Assembly: GCA_963666055.2 (NCBI GenBank)
Contig: CAXWPH010000011.1
Coordinates: 96,001 to 160,000 of the forward strand
DNA: 64,000 bases
From: Acidobacteriota bacterium
GTDB lineage: Bacteria; Acidobacteriota; UBA890; WLXD01
Reading direction: 5' to 3'
Numbering within the stretch: position 1 is the stretch's first letter; the number at the start of each line of letters is the position of its first letter. Below are positions 42,199-51,746 of the stretch, piece after piece. The position numbers were made by a program, and so were the translations under genes. The notes beneath the pieces were generated by a model that saw only the letters and a list, made by a program, of their open reading frames with translations, had not been told where the DNA came from and made no database searches.

Positions 42199-42260
42199 TG
42201 CCTCTACCCTCCTCGAACGTCGACGCGGCGGCCGGGCCTCGTCATGGATGTAAGTGCGTG

Positions 42261-42728
42261 TCATTGCTTATCCAAGTGCAGCTCTTGGTGGATGCTGCCA
42301 TCGCCCTCGTACCAGACGATTCGCATCGTCATCCCGTCTTCTGACACCTGACGCATGATCATGCTGTTCATCTTACCGTTGGCGTTCTGCCCGATCCGCA
42401 GCTCGGATCGCTCGTCCATCCGCACCATCATCACCTTCCCGCGACCCGGCTCGCCGGTCTCGGGATTCCGTGTGGCATGCCACTTCCCATCGTTGTAGGG
42501 CGCCGTGTACTCGCTCCGATACCGTGTGCCATCGGCGAAGGTGATGTCGTTGGTGGCGTGCTCGATGTTGTTGGAGACTTCGAGAACCACCAGCTCCGCC
42601 TCTGGCAGCCCTTCGCCGCTAGACTTCGCCAGATCGACTTTCCAGGTGCCGTTGAGAGGATCTTCCTGGGCGTGGGCGGTTCCGACGAACGCGAAACACA
42701 ACACCAGGCTTACTACCAATCTTTTCAT
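42261..42728 (-). CDS. Secreted hypothetical protein (GTWK beta-barrel-like)
   Basis: Signal peptide, DPLNGTWKVDLAKS, VSEDGMTM; tightly spaced with neighbours. Confidence 0.72.
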   Translation of the reverse strand: MKRLVVSLVLCFAFVGTAHAQEDPLNGTWKVDLAKSSGEGLPEAELVVLEVSNNIEHATNDITFADGTRYRSEYTAPYNDGKWHATRNPETGEPGRGKVMMVRMDERSELRIGQNANGKMNSMIMRQVSEDGMTMRIVWYEGDGSIHQELHLDKQ

Positions 42729-42735
42729 AGTGCCC

Positions 42736-43428
42736 TCACCGGTTGTTCCAGGCGTCGATCACGTCCGTGTGTGTCACGACCCTGGCGTGATCGTTGATAT
42801 ACAGCATCGCGTCTGCAAGCCGAGCGGGTTCGGTCGGTCGGATCGCGTCCTCGACGGCCACCGTGGCGTAGCCGAGGATCTCGGCGGTCGACAGGGTCGG
42901 CACGATGCCGACCTCGGCACCGACCCCGACGATAACGATCGTCGTAATCTCGTTCCAGCGCAGCAGCTCGTCCAGTGGCGTGGCGATGAACGCGTCGGAC
43001 CGGTATTTCCGCAGGATCCAGTCGAACGGAGCGGGCGCGATCTCCGGCGGGTTCTCCCAACCCCAGGTCCCTTCGTGCATCTGGTTGGTCGCCACCGGCG
43101 CAGCCGGGTCGATGTCCCGGGGTGGCCCGTAGTTAGAATAATCCGGATAGGTAGTCCATCGGACATACGCTACCCGCACGCCATTCTCCCTCGCGGCGGC
43201 GATCAGCTTCACCATCGGATCCATGATGCCGGTGATGTCGATCCGCTCACCCCGCTCCTCGAACCAGCCGCCTTCGGATACGAACGCGTTGAGCACCTCG
43301 TGGACGAGGAGGACCGTGTGCCCAGGCGCGACGACCTGCGAAAGCGGCGTGGGCGTACCTTGCGCCGAGAGCGTCCCTCCTGGAATCCACAGGAGGCCGA
43401 CCAAAGCGACGCCGACCGAGCTTGCCAT
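42736..43428 (-). CDS. Isochorismatase-like family protein, signal peptide
   Basis: TVLLVHEVLNAF, AARENGV, GTWGWE, KYRSDAF, VGVGAEVG, VEDA. Confidence 0.8.
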   Translation of the reverse strand: MASSVGVALVGLLWIPGGTLSAQGTPTPLSQVVAPGHTVLLVHEVLNAFVSEGGWFEERGERIDITGIMDPMVKLIAAARENGVRVAYVRWTTYPDYSNYGPPRDIDPAAPVATNQMHEGTWGWENPPEIAPAPFDWILRKYRSDAFIATPLDELLRWNEITTIVIVGVGAEVGIVPTLSTAEILGYATVAVEDAIRPTEPARLADAMLYINDHARVVTHTDVIDAWNNR

Positions 43429-43893
43429 CGATAACCGGAATGCCTGGCTATATCTCACGGCGCGTACTCCACTAGATGCGCCGGTGTCGGTGCCAGAACT
43501 TGCCGGTGAAGCTGACCGCACCATGCGCGGGCGTTCCGAGAAAGTGGAACGGCAGTTAAGACCGACGCGCGCGCCCCAGTCAACCCTTCCGACCTACGGC
43601 TCCTCCGGCCGCTGCAAGTCGCTCTGCTCAAGCTTGTACACCTCGTCGACGATCCGCGCGTTAGCGCGTGTCGACGCCTCGAGCATCTCCGCCCTGGTCG
43701 CTGCGAGTGCCGGAGGTGGCTGGCCACCAACCCAGTTGCCATCAGGATGCCGCGATGCCGCCGAAGACGATCGGGTGGCGCGACTGCACCTCGTATTCAG
43801 CTATGCATTCGTGGTCCTCGAGACACTCGTCCACTACAATCCGCCAACGAGAGCACCGATGCCCGCGGAAACGAAACTGAGCATGCTGCCGTC

Positions 43894-46113
43894 ATGAGCA
43901 GTTCATCTGACGTTCATGTGGATCCCCGGATCACGCGGCGAGGGTTCCTGCAAGCGGCGGGGTTGACGTTCGGATTTGTCGTCGGTCTGCCTCCTCGGGA
44001 TGGCGCCGCTTCGTCCTCGACAGCGGGTGAGACGCTGGCGCCCAACATCTGGGTCAACATCGCGCCGGATGGAATCATCACTATCGTCAACCCGTCGGTC
44101 GAGATGGGCCAGGGAACGATGACGGCGCTGCCGATCATCCTCGCCGAGGAGCTCGATGCGGACTGGAGCGACGTGCGGATCGAGTTGTCGCCCTCCGACG
44201 ACAAGCTCTACGGAAACCCTGGATACGCGGGTATTCTCCGCACCGGAGCAAGCGCCACGCTCGCGGGCTACTACGACACGTTGCGGTTGCATGGAGCGCA
44301 GGCACGTCGGGTGCTTCTCGACAGCGCTGCGGCCAGATGGGGTGTGCCGGTGGAGGAACTTGCCACCGAGCCCAGCGTTGTCGTTCATAGGAGGAGCGGC
44401 CGTGAATTGACCTACGGCGAGGTGGCCGGGTTCACGACCATGCCCGCTCGCCCACCGGACATCGAACCGGGCGATCTCAAGGATCCTGCCGAGTTCCGGC
44501 TCATCGGCCATGATCTTCCACGGGCCGACATCCCGGAGAAGGTGGACGGATCGGCGCAGTACAGCATGGATGTGCGATTGCCGGGGATGGTCTACGCGAC
44601 GGTGCTGCGCCCGCCGGTCAGAGGGGCTCTGCCGGAACAGGTCTCGGAGGGCGAAGCGCGCAAGATACCCGGTGTCCTGGATATCGTCAGGCTCCCCTAC
44701 GGGGTCGGTGTGGTCAGCGAGACCGTCGAAGGGGCGCTGGCCGCCCAGGGCGAGATCGAGGTGGAGTGGCAACAGGTGGCGGGCTCGGCCTTCGACAGCG
44801 ACGCAGAGCTCGCGGCCCAAGCTAACCGGGCCCGCGAGATGAGCCGCGATGGTGCCAGCCGACAGGACCGAGAGGTGGGGACCGCCCTCGCTGCTGCGTC
44901 CCACCGTTACCTATCCGAATACAGTACCGAGTTCGTCTATCAAGCCCAGATGGAACCGTTGAACGCGGTGGCTTGGGTCAAGGAGGATGGCCAACGAGCC
45001 GAGATCTGGGCCGGATCACAAACGCCGACTTACTTGCTTCGCGTTGCCGCCAAGACGCTGGAGATCCCCATCGAGAACATCACGCTCCACAGAATGTATC
45101 TCGGTGGCGGCTTCGGTCGCAGATCCGACATGAGGCACGAATATGTCGTCGACGCCCTGCTCCTCTCTCGCGCGGCAGGCAAGCCGGTCAAACTCATCTG
45201 GAGTCGCGAAGATGATGTTCGCTACGGGCACTTCAAGCCCAGCAGCGCACACTATCTGCAGGCGGGTGTCGACGACCAGGATCGGGTGACGGCCTGGGAA
45301 CACCGAAGCGTAACGGACAATGTCCAGGCACAAGCCGATCCATACCTCAGGGAGCGGTGGTCGCAGCTCAGCCAGGAGACCTTGGATGCACTGACCTTCA
45401 ACCGCGGTCGAGGCTTGGGCCGCTATGAATTCGGACAACGACGACGACAAACCGACTACCGAGCCCTACCGGTGCGGATCGGCTGGATGCGAGGCATCAG
45501 CACGCTGCTCAACGAATTTGCCGCAGAGTCGTTTATCGACGAGATCACGGCCGACCGGGGTCTGGATCCAATGGAGTTTCGCCTCGCACACTTGAGCGAG
45601 CCGCTGGCTCGGAGCGTGCTGGACACCGTCGCCGAGATGGCAGATTGGACGCATCCGGAAGACCGAGCGCTCGGGGTCTCCTACGTGTCCTCTTTCGGAT
45701 GCCTGATGGCAACCGTCGCGAAGGTATCGGTCGATCGCGACAGCGGATGGATCCATGTACCTGACATCTGGGTCGCCATCGATATCGGTATCCCGGTGCA
45801 GCCACTCAACGTCGTTGGCCAGGTAGAGAGCTGTGTGGTGTATGCGCTCAGCAACGCCTTGACGGAGAGGATTTCTTTCAAGGACGGGCGTGTGCAGCAG
45901 TCCAACTTCCACGACTACCCGGTGATCACCATGGCGGATACGCCACAGATCCACGTCACGGTGGTTCGCTCGGAGCGACCGCCGACCGGGGTAGGAGACC
46001 GCGCTGGCCTCGGGGTAGCACCCGCAGTGGCAAACGGTTTTGCCCGCCTGACGGGTCGAAGACTGCGACACATGCCCATGACTCCCGAAAACGTCTTGCA
46101 GGCGTTGGCGTAG
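43894..46113 (+). CDS. Xanthine dehydrogenase-family molybdopterin subunit (IorB-like), Tat signal
   Basis: TRRGFL, EMGQG, AEELDADW, MEP, GGGFGRR, WSREDD, QQSNFHDY. Confidence 0.9.
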   Translation: MSSSSDVHVDPRITRRGFLQAAGLTFGFVVGLPPRDGAASSSTAGETLAPNIWVNIAPDGIITIVNPSVEMGQGTMTALPIILAEELDADWSDVRIELSPSDDKLYGNPGYAGILRTGASATLAGYYDTLRLHGAQARRVLLDSAAARWGVPVEELATEPSVVVHRRSGRELTYGEVAGFTTMPARPPDIEPGDLKDPAEFRLIGHDLPRADIPEKVDGSAQYSMDVRLPGMVYATVLRPPVRGALPEQVSEGEARKIPGVLDIVRLPYGVGVVSETVEGALAAQGEIEVEWQQVAGSAFDSDAELAAQANRAREMSRDGASRQDREVGTALAAASHRYLSEYSTEFVYQAQMEPLNAVAWVKEDGQRAEIWAGSQTPTYLLRVAAKTLEIPIENITLHRMYLGGGFGRRSDMRHEYVVDALLLSRAAGKPVKLIWSREDDVRYGHFKPSSAHYLQAGVDDQDRVTAWEHRSVTDNVQAQADPYLRERWSQLSQETLDALTFNRGRGLGRYEFGQRRRQTDYRALPVRIGWMRGISTLLNEFAAESFIDEITADRGLDPMEFRLAHLSEPLARSVLDTVAEMADWTHPEDRALGVSYVSSFGCLMATVAKVSVDRDSGWIHVPDIWVAIDIGIPVQPLNVVGQVESCVVYALSNALTERISFKDGRVQQSNFHDYPVITMADTPQIHVTVVRSERPPTGVGDRAGLGVAPAVANGFARLTGRRLRHMPMTPENVLQALA

Positions 46114-46139
46114 CGGGCGGAAATCACCCGGAGGTTTCG

Positions 46140-46598
46140 ATGCGGTTCACTCTCATGGTCAATGGCAACGAGAAAACCGTTGAGGCTGAACCCAACACCC
46201 CCCTTCTCTGGGTGCTACGTGAACACATCGGGTTGACCGGCACGAAGTTTGGCTGCGGGATCGGCATGTGCATGGCCTGCACGGTTCACCTCAACGGCGA
46301 ACGAGCTCTAAGCTGCCAGACGCGGATCAGCGATGCAGCGGACCAGGAGATCACAACGATCGAGGGCCTCGCGGCCACTCAGCATGCTCTCCTGGGGGCA
46401 TGGGTCGAGGAGCAAGTGCCCCAGTGCGGCTACTGTCAGCCGGGGATGATCATGAACGCAGCTGATTTGTTGGCGAAGAATGACAACCCCAGCCGCGAAG
46501 ATATCGTTACCCACATGAGAAACATCTGCCGCTGTGGAACCTACCCGCGGGTGATCCGCGCCATCGAGCGAGTGGCCACCGAGCTCCATCGTCAGTAG
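46140..46598 (+). CDS. 2Fe-2S subunit (IorA-like)
   Basis: PLLWVLRE, GTKFGCGIGMCMACTVH, QCGYCQPG, CRCGTY. Confidence 0.93.
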   Translation: MRFTLMVNGNEKTVEAEPNTPLLWVLREHIGLTGTKFGCGIGMCMACTVHLNGERALSCQTRISDAADQEITTIEGLAATQHALLGAWVEEQVPQCGYCQPGMIMNAADLLAKNDNPSREDIVTHMRNICRCGTYPRVIRAIERVATELHRQ

Positions 46599-46700
46599 GC
46601 GACGTCCATCGAGTTCTTCGACGAAGTGGATCGTTACGATATTCGGATGGCCCGGTTGGACCGATTCGACATCGTGATCGAGGCGATCCTGCAGAACGCA
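46575..46700 (-). pseudogene. Ser/Thr kinase remnant
   Basis: HPNIVTIHFVEELDGRRLLTMEL (subdomains IV-V), overlapping the 3' end of the 2Fe-2S gene. Confidence 0.6.
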
Positions 46701-46898
46701 GCCGGGTTTCGTGTGCACTGCTCGAATTCGGCGCACCAGCGAAATCGGGCGGCGGCGACACGCGACGCCGCCGTCGACCCCTTTCCTCGACCTTCTACCC
46801 ACGGAGCCCACAGGAAGCGGCATCCCTTGTTCGCATCAGCGTGGCAGCGATAGTGTCTCCGCCATCAAATGCTCCTGCGCACGACTGAACGGATCCAC

Positions 46899-48596
46899 AT
46901 GATCGACGGGCAGCGCTTCCGGATGCTGATCGCAGCCCTGCCAATCCTGTGCCTGGCGTGGGACTCCGGGGCCCAGTCATCGATTCCTCCGGCGGATCTC
47001 GTTATTCGCGGCGGCACGGTGATCACCGTCGATCCGCAGGACCAGATCGCGTCCGCGGTGGCTGTGGTCGGCGACACGATCGTCGCAGTAGGTAACGAGC
47101 AGGAGATCAGCGCGCGCATCGGTCCCTCGACCCTGGTGATCGACCTGAAGGGTCGAGCGCTGTTGCCCGGGTTCATCGACACCCACTCGCACATCGAAGG
47201 ACTTGCGAGGTCCGAGTACCTGCGCATCCCTGTGCAGGTGCCCCCCCTGGAGAACACCGTGGCGATTATCGCGAAGCTTCAGGAACGGCAGGCCACGCTG
47301 CTGCCTGGCGCGTGGCTGATCGGACAGGGTACCTACTTACAGCCGATGCCCTCGAGGGAGGATCTCGACGAGGCGTTTCCCGACAACCCGGTCGATATTC
47401 GCTGGAGCGGCCACGACCACATCATCAACCACACGGCCGCGATTACGCTGGGACTGACGAAGGACACGCCGGATCCCGGAGGCAGAGGCCGCTTCGAGCG
47501 GCTCCCGGATGGTGAGGTCTACATCTGCCGTGACGTGGACGTCGGGCTGCCGACTCAGGAGTTCGCCTCCGGGCAGACGAAGGAGGCGGTGCGAGGGGTA
47601 CTCGAAGATTTCTACCTGCGGAATGGCGTCACCACCGTTCACGACATGTCGCCCTCGCCCGCCCTCCGCGCGTATCAAGAGCTGCGCGCGGAGGGCCGGC
47701 TCCCGACCCGACTCGTGGTGTCGTTCTCGGCGGCGCCGGGCGATCCGAAGTTTATTGTGCCCTCGGGATTGCACACCGGTTTCGGGGACGACTGGATTCG
47801 GATCGGCGGCGTCAAGATCATGCTGGACGGTGTCTGGGGAACGACAGCCTACACATACGAGCCGCACGAGAAGTACTCGGCCGCGGAAGGCTGGGCGCCC
47901 AACAATTACGGCGGAGCGGCCTTGTCGCAGGCGGAGCTGGACGCGCGCATCCTGGCGGCACACGAGGCCGGCTCCCAAGTGTACGTGCACGCCCTTGGCG
48001 ATCGTGCACAGGATATGGTGCTCGACGCGTTCGAAAGGGCGCAGCAGGCTCACTTCCGGCCCGATGCCCGCCTTCGCATCGAGCACTTCGGGCACGCCTT
48101 CGTGCAGGATCCGGAGCGCACGGCAGACCGGCTGGCCCGGATGAAACGCTTGGGTGTGGTTCCCGCGTGCCATGTCGCGATGATGTGGCGTGTGACCGAC
48201 ACCGTGCTCATGGAGAAGGATGTCAAGTTCTTCCCGATGAAGACGATCATCGACGCCGGCTTCCACCCGCCGGGCGGTGCCGACACGTTGGGGACACAGA
48301 ACTTCGCCACCAACCCGCTCTTCACGATAGGCCGGGCGGTGAACCGCGATAGTAAGCACGGGATCACCGTGCACCCGGAGGAGGCGATCTCGGTGGTGGA
48401 CGCAATCCGCATGTTCACGAGCTGGGCTGCCGAGGGCACGCTCATCGAGAAGAGCCGCGGCACGATCGAAGTCGGCAAGCTAGCGGATTTCGTGATCCTT
48501 TCGGGCGACCCGCTCCGCGTGGACCCGAAGACGATCGAGAGCCTCGAAGCCGACATGACGATCCTCGGCGGCTCCGTAGCGTACACACGGCGGTAG
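46899..48596 (+). CDS. Amidohydrolase 3 family (YtcJ-like), signal peptide
   Basis: LLPGFIDTHSH, KIMLDG, HALGDRA, RIEH, GTIEVGKLADFVILS. Confidence 0.9.
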   Translation: MIDGQRFRMLIAALPILCLAWDSGAQSSIPPADLVIRGGTVITVDPQDQIASAVAVVGDTIVAVGNEQEISARIGPSTLVIDLKGRALLPGFIDTHSHIEGLARSEYLRIPVQVPPLENTVAIIAKLQERQATLLPGAWLIGQGTYLQPMPSREDLDEAFPDNPVDIRWSGHDHIINHTAAITLGLTKDTPDPGGRGRFERLPDGEVYICRDVDVGLPTQEFASGQTKEAVRGVLEDFYLRNGVTTVHDMSPSPALRAYQELRAEGRLPTRLVVSFSAAPGDPKFIVPSGLHTGFGDDWIRIGGVKIMLDGVWGTTAYTYEPHEKYSAAEGWAPNNYGGAALSQAELDARILAAHEAGSQVYVHALGDRAQDMVLDAFERAQQAHFRPDARLRIEHFGHAFVQDPERTADRLARMKRLGVVPACHVAMMWRVTDTVLMEKDVKFFPMKTIIDAGFHPPGGADTLGTQNFATNPLFTIGRAVNRDSKHGITVHPEEAISVVDAIRMFTSWAAEGTLIEKSRGTIEVGKLADFVILSGDPLRVDPKTIESLEADMTILGGSVAYTRR

Positions 48597-48884
48597 CGAA
48601 CATCCGACACGCCGACGCGTAGAGTCGGACCCTGCACGCCGATGGGACAGACGGAGGGAATTCTACCGGGCGCTGAGAAACCATGAGTACCGTTGATAAC
48701 TTCAAAGTCTATCGATTGGAGAGTGGTTGGTCGCCGTCGTTGCACCTTCTCTTGGCTCTCCGATCGTAGACGGAGTTCACCTGATCGCTAGCGAAGACGC
48801 CGCCTGATCGAATCCCGCAATCCACAAAGATTCGCAAACAACTCGGCTCTCACGGACTTTGCCCCTATCAGTCAGAGGAGACGG

Positions 48885-49940
48885 ATGATGAAGGTTCTTC
48901 GCGGTTTAGGGATGCTGGTGGGTCTCGTCGTCTTGGGCGCAGCTGTAGACCAACCGATGGGCCACGCCCAGACCACCATCAAGGTCATGGTGCCAACCGG
49001 CGTCAAGGAGGAACTGGCGGATCTGGAAGCCCGGTTGCCTAACCTCGAGCTCATCGAGGCGGAAGCGGAGCGTATCCTCGAGGCAGTGCCCGAGTGCGAT
49101 GCGATCATCGGTCTGGTCTACGGCCAGGACGCCCGGGAGATCCTTCGTCGTGGCAAAAAACTACGCTGGGTTCACAGCACTAGCGCCGGTGTGGAAAACA
49201 TTGTGCACCTGCCGGAGATGCAAAACAGCGACATCGTCTTGACCAACGCCAAGATCATCCAAGGCCCGGAGATCGCCGATCATGTGTTCGCCCTTCTGTT
49301 GACCCACACACGCAACCTGAAGCAATTCAACCAGGCAATGAGCGACGGCTGGATGCAGGACCTCGACAATCCCCGCCTGCCGATCATCGAACTGCGAGGC
49401 AAAACGATGCTGATCATCGGTTTGGGCGGCGTCGGCACCCAGGTGGCACAGCGCGCCGCGGCCTTCGGTATGCGTGTGCTTGCGGTCGATCCCAAGGACA
49501 TCCCGTTGCGACGCGACGTGGAATACGTCGGCAAACCGGATGAGTTAAACGATCTGCTCCCAGAAGCCGACGTCGTCGTGAGCTCCGTTCCTCACACACC
49601 AGAGTCGGAGGGGATGATTGGCAAGGAGCAGTTCGATCTAATGAAGGATGGCGTCTATTTCATCAATGTCTCGCGAGGCAAGATCGTCCAGACCGACGCG
49701 CTGGTCGCAGCGCTGCAGTCAGGCAAGGTTCGCGCTGCCGGTCTGGATGTCACCGACCCGGAGCCGCTGCCCAACGAGCATCCTCTCTGGGAGATGGGCA
49801 ACGTGATCATCACGCCGCATATCGCGTTCAGATCGGATCAGTCATGGGGACGGCAAGTGAAGTTGATGCAGGCCAACATCGAACGTTTTGTCACCGGGCA
49901 GCCACTGTTGCATGTGGTCAACCAGGCTGCCGGTTTCTAA
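48885..49940 (+). CDS. D-2-hydroxyacid dehydrogenase with N-terminal signal-like peptide
   Basis: IIGLGGVG, INVSRG, AGLDVTDPEPL, ITPH. Confidence 0.9.
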   Translation: MMKVLRGLGMLVGLVVLGAAVDQPMGHAQTTIKVMVPTGVKEELADLEARLPNLELIEAEAERILEAVPECDAIIGLVYGQDAREILRRGKKLRWVHSTSAGVENIVHLPEMQNSDIVLTNAKIIQGPEIADHVFALLLTHTRNLKQFNQAMSDGWMQDLDNPRLPIIELRGKTMLIIGLGGVGTQVAQRAAAFGMRVLAVDPKDIPLRRDVEYVGKPDELNDLLPEADVVVSSVPHTPESEGMIGKEQFDLMKDGVYFINVSRGKIVQTDALVAALQSGKVRAAGLDVTDPEPLPNEHPLWEMGNVIITPHIAFRSDQSWGRQVKLMQANIERFVTGQPLLHVVNQAAGF

Positions 49941-50170
49941 ACGCAGGCCCGCGCTTCCCGCCGCTGCGGTCCGCTTCGCCGGCCTCAACAACCCCTTGTC
50001 AGCACCGAGTTACTGAGATAAGACGTGCTACTAACCGTGGGGTCAGGTCAATGTCTTGGGTTCACTGCTCGGTCTGGCGGTGCCGACCCTTTCGGTCGGC
50101 CGTCCGAACTTGTCCGCGATTCGCGGCGCATCGGAGGCGCAAGAAAGAACCTCAAGTGTTTCGAGCGGTA

Positions 50171-50460
50171 CTACGGTCGTTCGGATGCCTCGCCGCTCAG
50201 TTGCGGATTGCGGGGAAAGAGCTGCGCCCCACGCTCGCGGACCTCGGCGGCCTTGTCCTCCTCTCCCGCTCGCCGGTAGAGCTGCGCGAGCTCGACGTAG
50301 GCGCGCGCGTGCTTGCGCTCCTGCGTCATCGTCTGCTGGTCCGCGATCAAGGTCTCGAGGACACCGATCGCGTGCTTCCACCGGTCGGTCTCGGGCTGAG
50401 ACCCGGCGAGCGCCATGGCGCTGCCAAAGCGCGCATCCCAGCTGTCGGGGTTGCTGTTCG
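50171..50460 (-). pseudogene. C-terminal fragment of a TPR-like protein
   Basis: NPDSWDARFGSAMAL...AYVELAQLYRRAGEEDKA...LFPRNP; no convincing start. Confidence 0.45.
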
Positions 50461-50830
50461 AGTACGGCGAAGACGAATCGGACGCGCCCGAAGACGAAAC
50501 GGAACGCTGAGCAGTAGTAGGCTGAAGCGGCTCGTGCCGACGGACCCGTAGCGCGCTCGACGTTGCACCACTCTTGGCACCACATTCAATGCAACTTCGT
50601 CGTACGGGAGTGCACTCTGTTCGACGACTTATTTTCAACAACTGACAGGAATCCCGGTTACGTGTCCGAGTGCGGCAGCCGAGCTTTCGCCGGGACAACG
50701 CGCCCGCGAAACCAGGGCGACGTCACGGCGGTTCAGTGCCCAGAGTGCGCCGTCGTCAAGCTGGATTCCCCTCGAAAGCGACCTGGTCTCGTTGGTCTCG
50801 TGAGTGCAGCCTGGAGGCTCGGACGCGCGC

Positions 50831-50864
50831 CAAGCGTTGATTCCAACGCTTGATCGAAGATAAT
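50831..50864 (+). promoter_or_regulatory. Operator palindrome CAAGCGTTG-attc-CAACGCTTG overlapping a TTGATT-N16-GATAAT promoter-like sequence
   Basis: Perfect 9-4-9 inverted repeat at 50831-50852, ~40 bp upstream of ATG 50891. Confidence 0.62.
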
Positions 50865-50890
50865 TGGTCCGATTCCCCTCGGAGGAACGT

Positions 50891-51736
50891 ATGTATACTC
50901 GCCGCCCCGTGGCCGCCCTCCTCGTGACAGCCGCACTCCTGGCGGGTGGCTCGGTCGCCATTGCGCAGCTTCCGATGAGCTCGCGTCCGCGGTCCGGAGC
51001 CGGTGTCACCCCGGTCTTCGAAGGCTGGTACACGAACCCGGACGGCACACTGATGCTGTCGTTCGGCTACTTCAACCGCAACACTGAAGAAACCCTCGAG
51101 GTTCCGCTCGGCGAGGACAATCGTTTCGGGGGCGGCGAGCCGGATCGGGGCCAGCCGACGGTGTTTCTGCCCGGTCGACAGTGGGGCGTGTTCGGCTTTC
51201 GCGTCGCGCCGGACATGGGCGACGGCAAGGTGTACTGGACCCTCAATACCCGAGGCGTATCCCACTCCGTCCCGGGACACCTGGACCGCGGCTATTACCT
51301 CGACGCCCTCGTGGGTGAAGCCGGGACTGGCAACACTCCGCCCGTACTGCGTTTTGCTCCCGAGGGCCCGCCGAGCCAGGGACCCGGTGGCAACTTCGGC
51401 CCATCGCTGACCGCGCGCGTCGGCGCGCCGGTGTCCTTGAGTATCCGGGCCAACGACGACTGGCGCTTCGAGCCCTATTGGCACCGGGGTCGCGATCCAG
51501 ATAATCTGACCTTGACATGGCAGAAGTACCGGGGACCCGGGAACGTCTCCTTCGACAGTGCTACGGTGCAGATCGCCCGCGGCTCGGACGACGTGGCAAC
51601 GACCGCCGCGACCTTCGACGAACCCGGTGAGTACATGGTCCGTGTGCTGGCCAACGACGTCTCGGGAACGTATCCGGCCGGCGCCGCACAGTGCTGCTGG
51701 ACGAACGCCTATGTACGCGTCACCGTCTCACCTTGA
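50891..51736 (+). CDS. Secreted hypothetical protein with C-terminal PKD/Ig-like domain
   Basis: GGAGG RBS, signal peptide, VTPVFEGW..FGYFNRN, WQKYRGPG, FDEPGEY, QCCWTN. Confidence 0.78.
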   Translation: MYTRRPVAALLVTAALLAGGSVAIAQLPMSSRPRSGAGVTPVFEGWYTNPDGTLMLSFGYFNRNTEETLEVPLGEDNRFGGGEPDRGQPTVFLPGRQWGVFGFRVAPDMGDGKVYWTLNTRGVSHSVPGHLDRGYYLDALVGEAGTGNTPPVLRFAPEGPPSQGPGGNFGPSLTARVGAPVSLSIRANDDWRFEPYWHRGRDPDNLTLTWQKYRGPGNVSFDSATVQIARGSDDVATTAATFDEPGEYMVRVLANDVSGTYPAGAAQCCWTNAYVRVTVSP

Positions 51737-51746
51737 GGAAGCTCCC

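Noticed and set aside
43430-43890. Possible gene remnants in the divergent spacer (RES-like VLETLVH on +; helical C-terminus on -)
   Set aside because: Too short to assign; no starts or supporting motifs.
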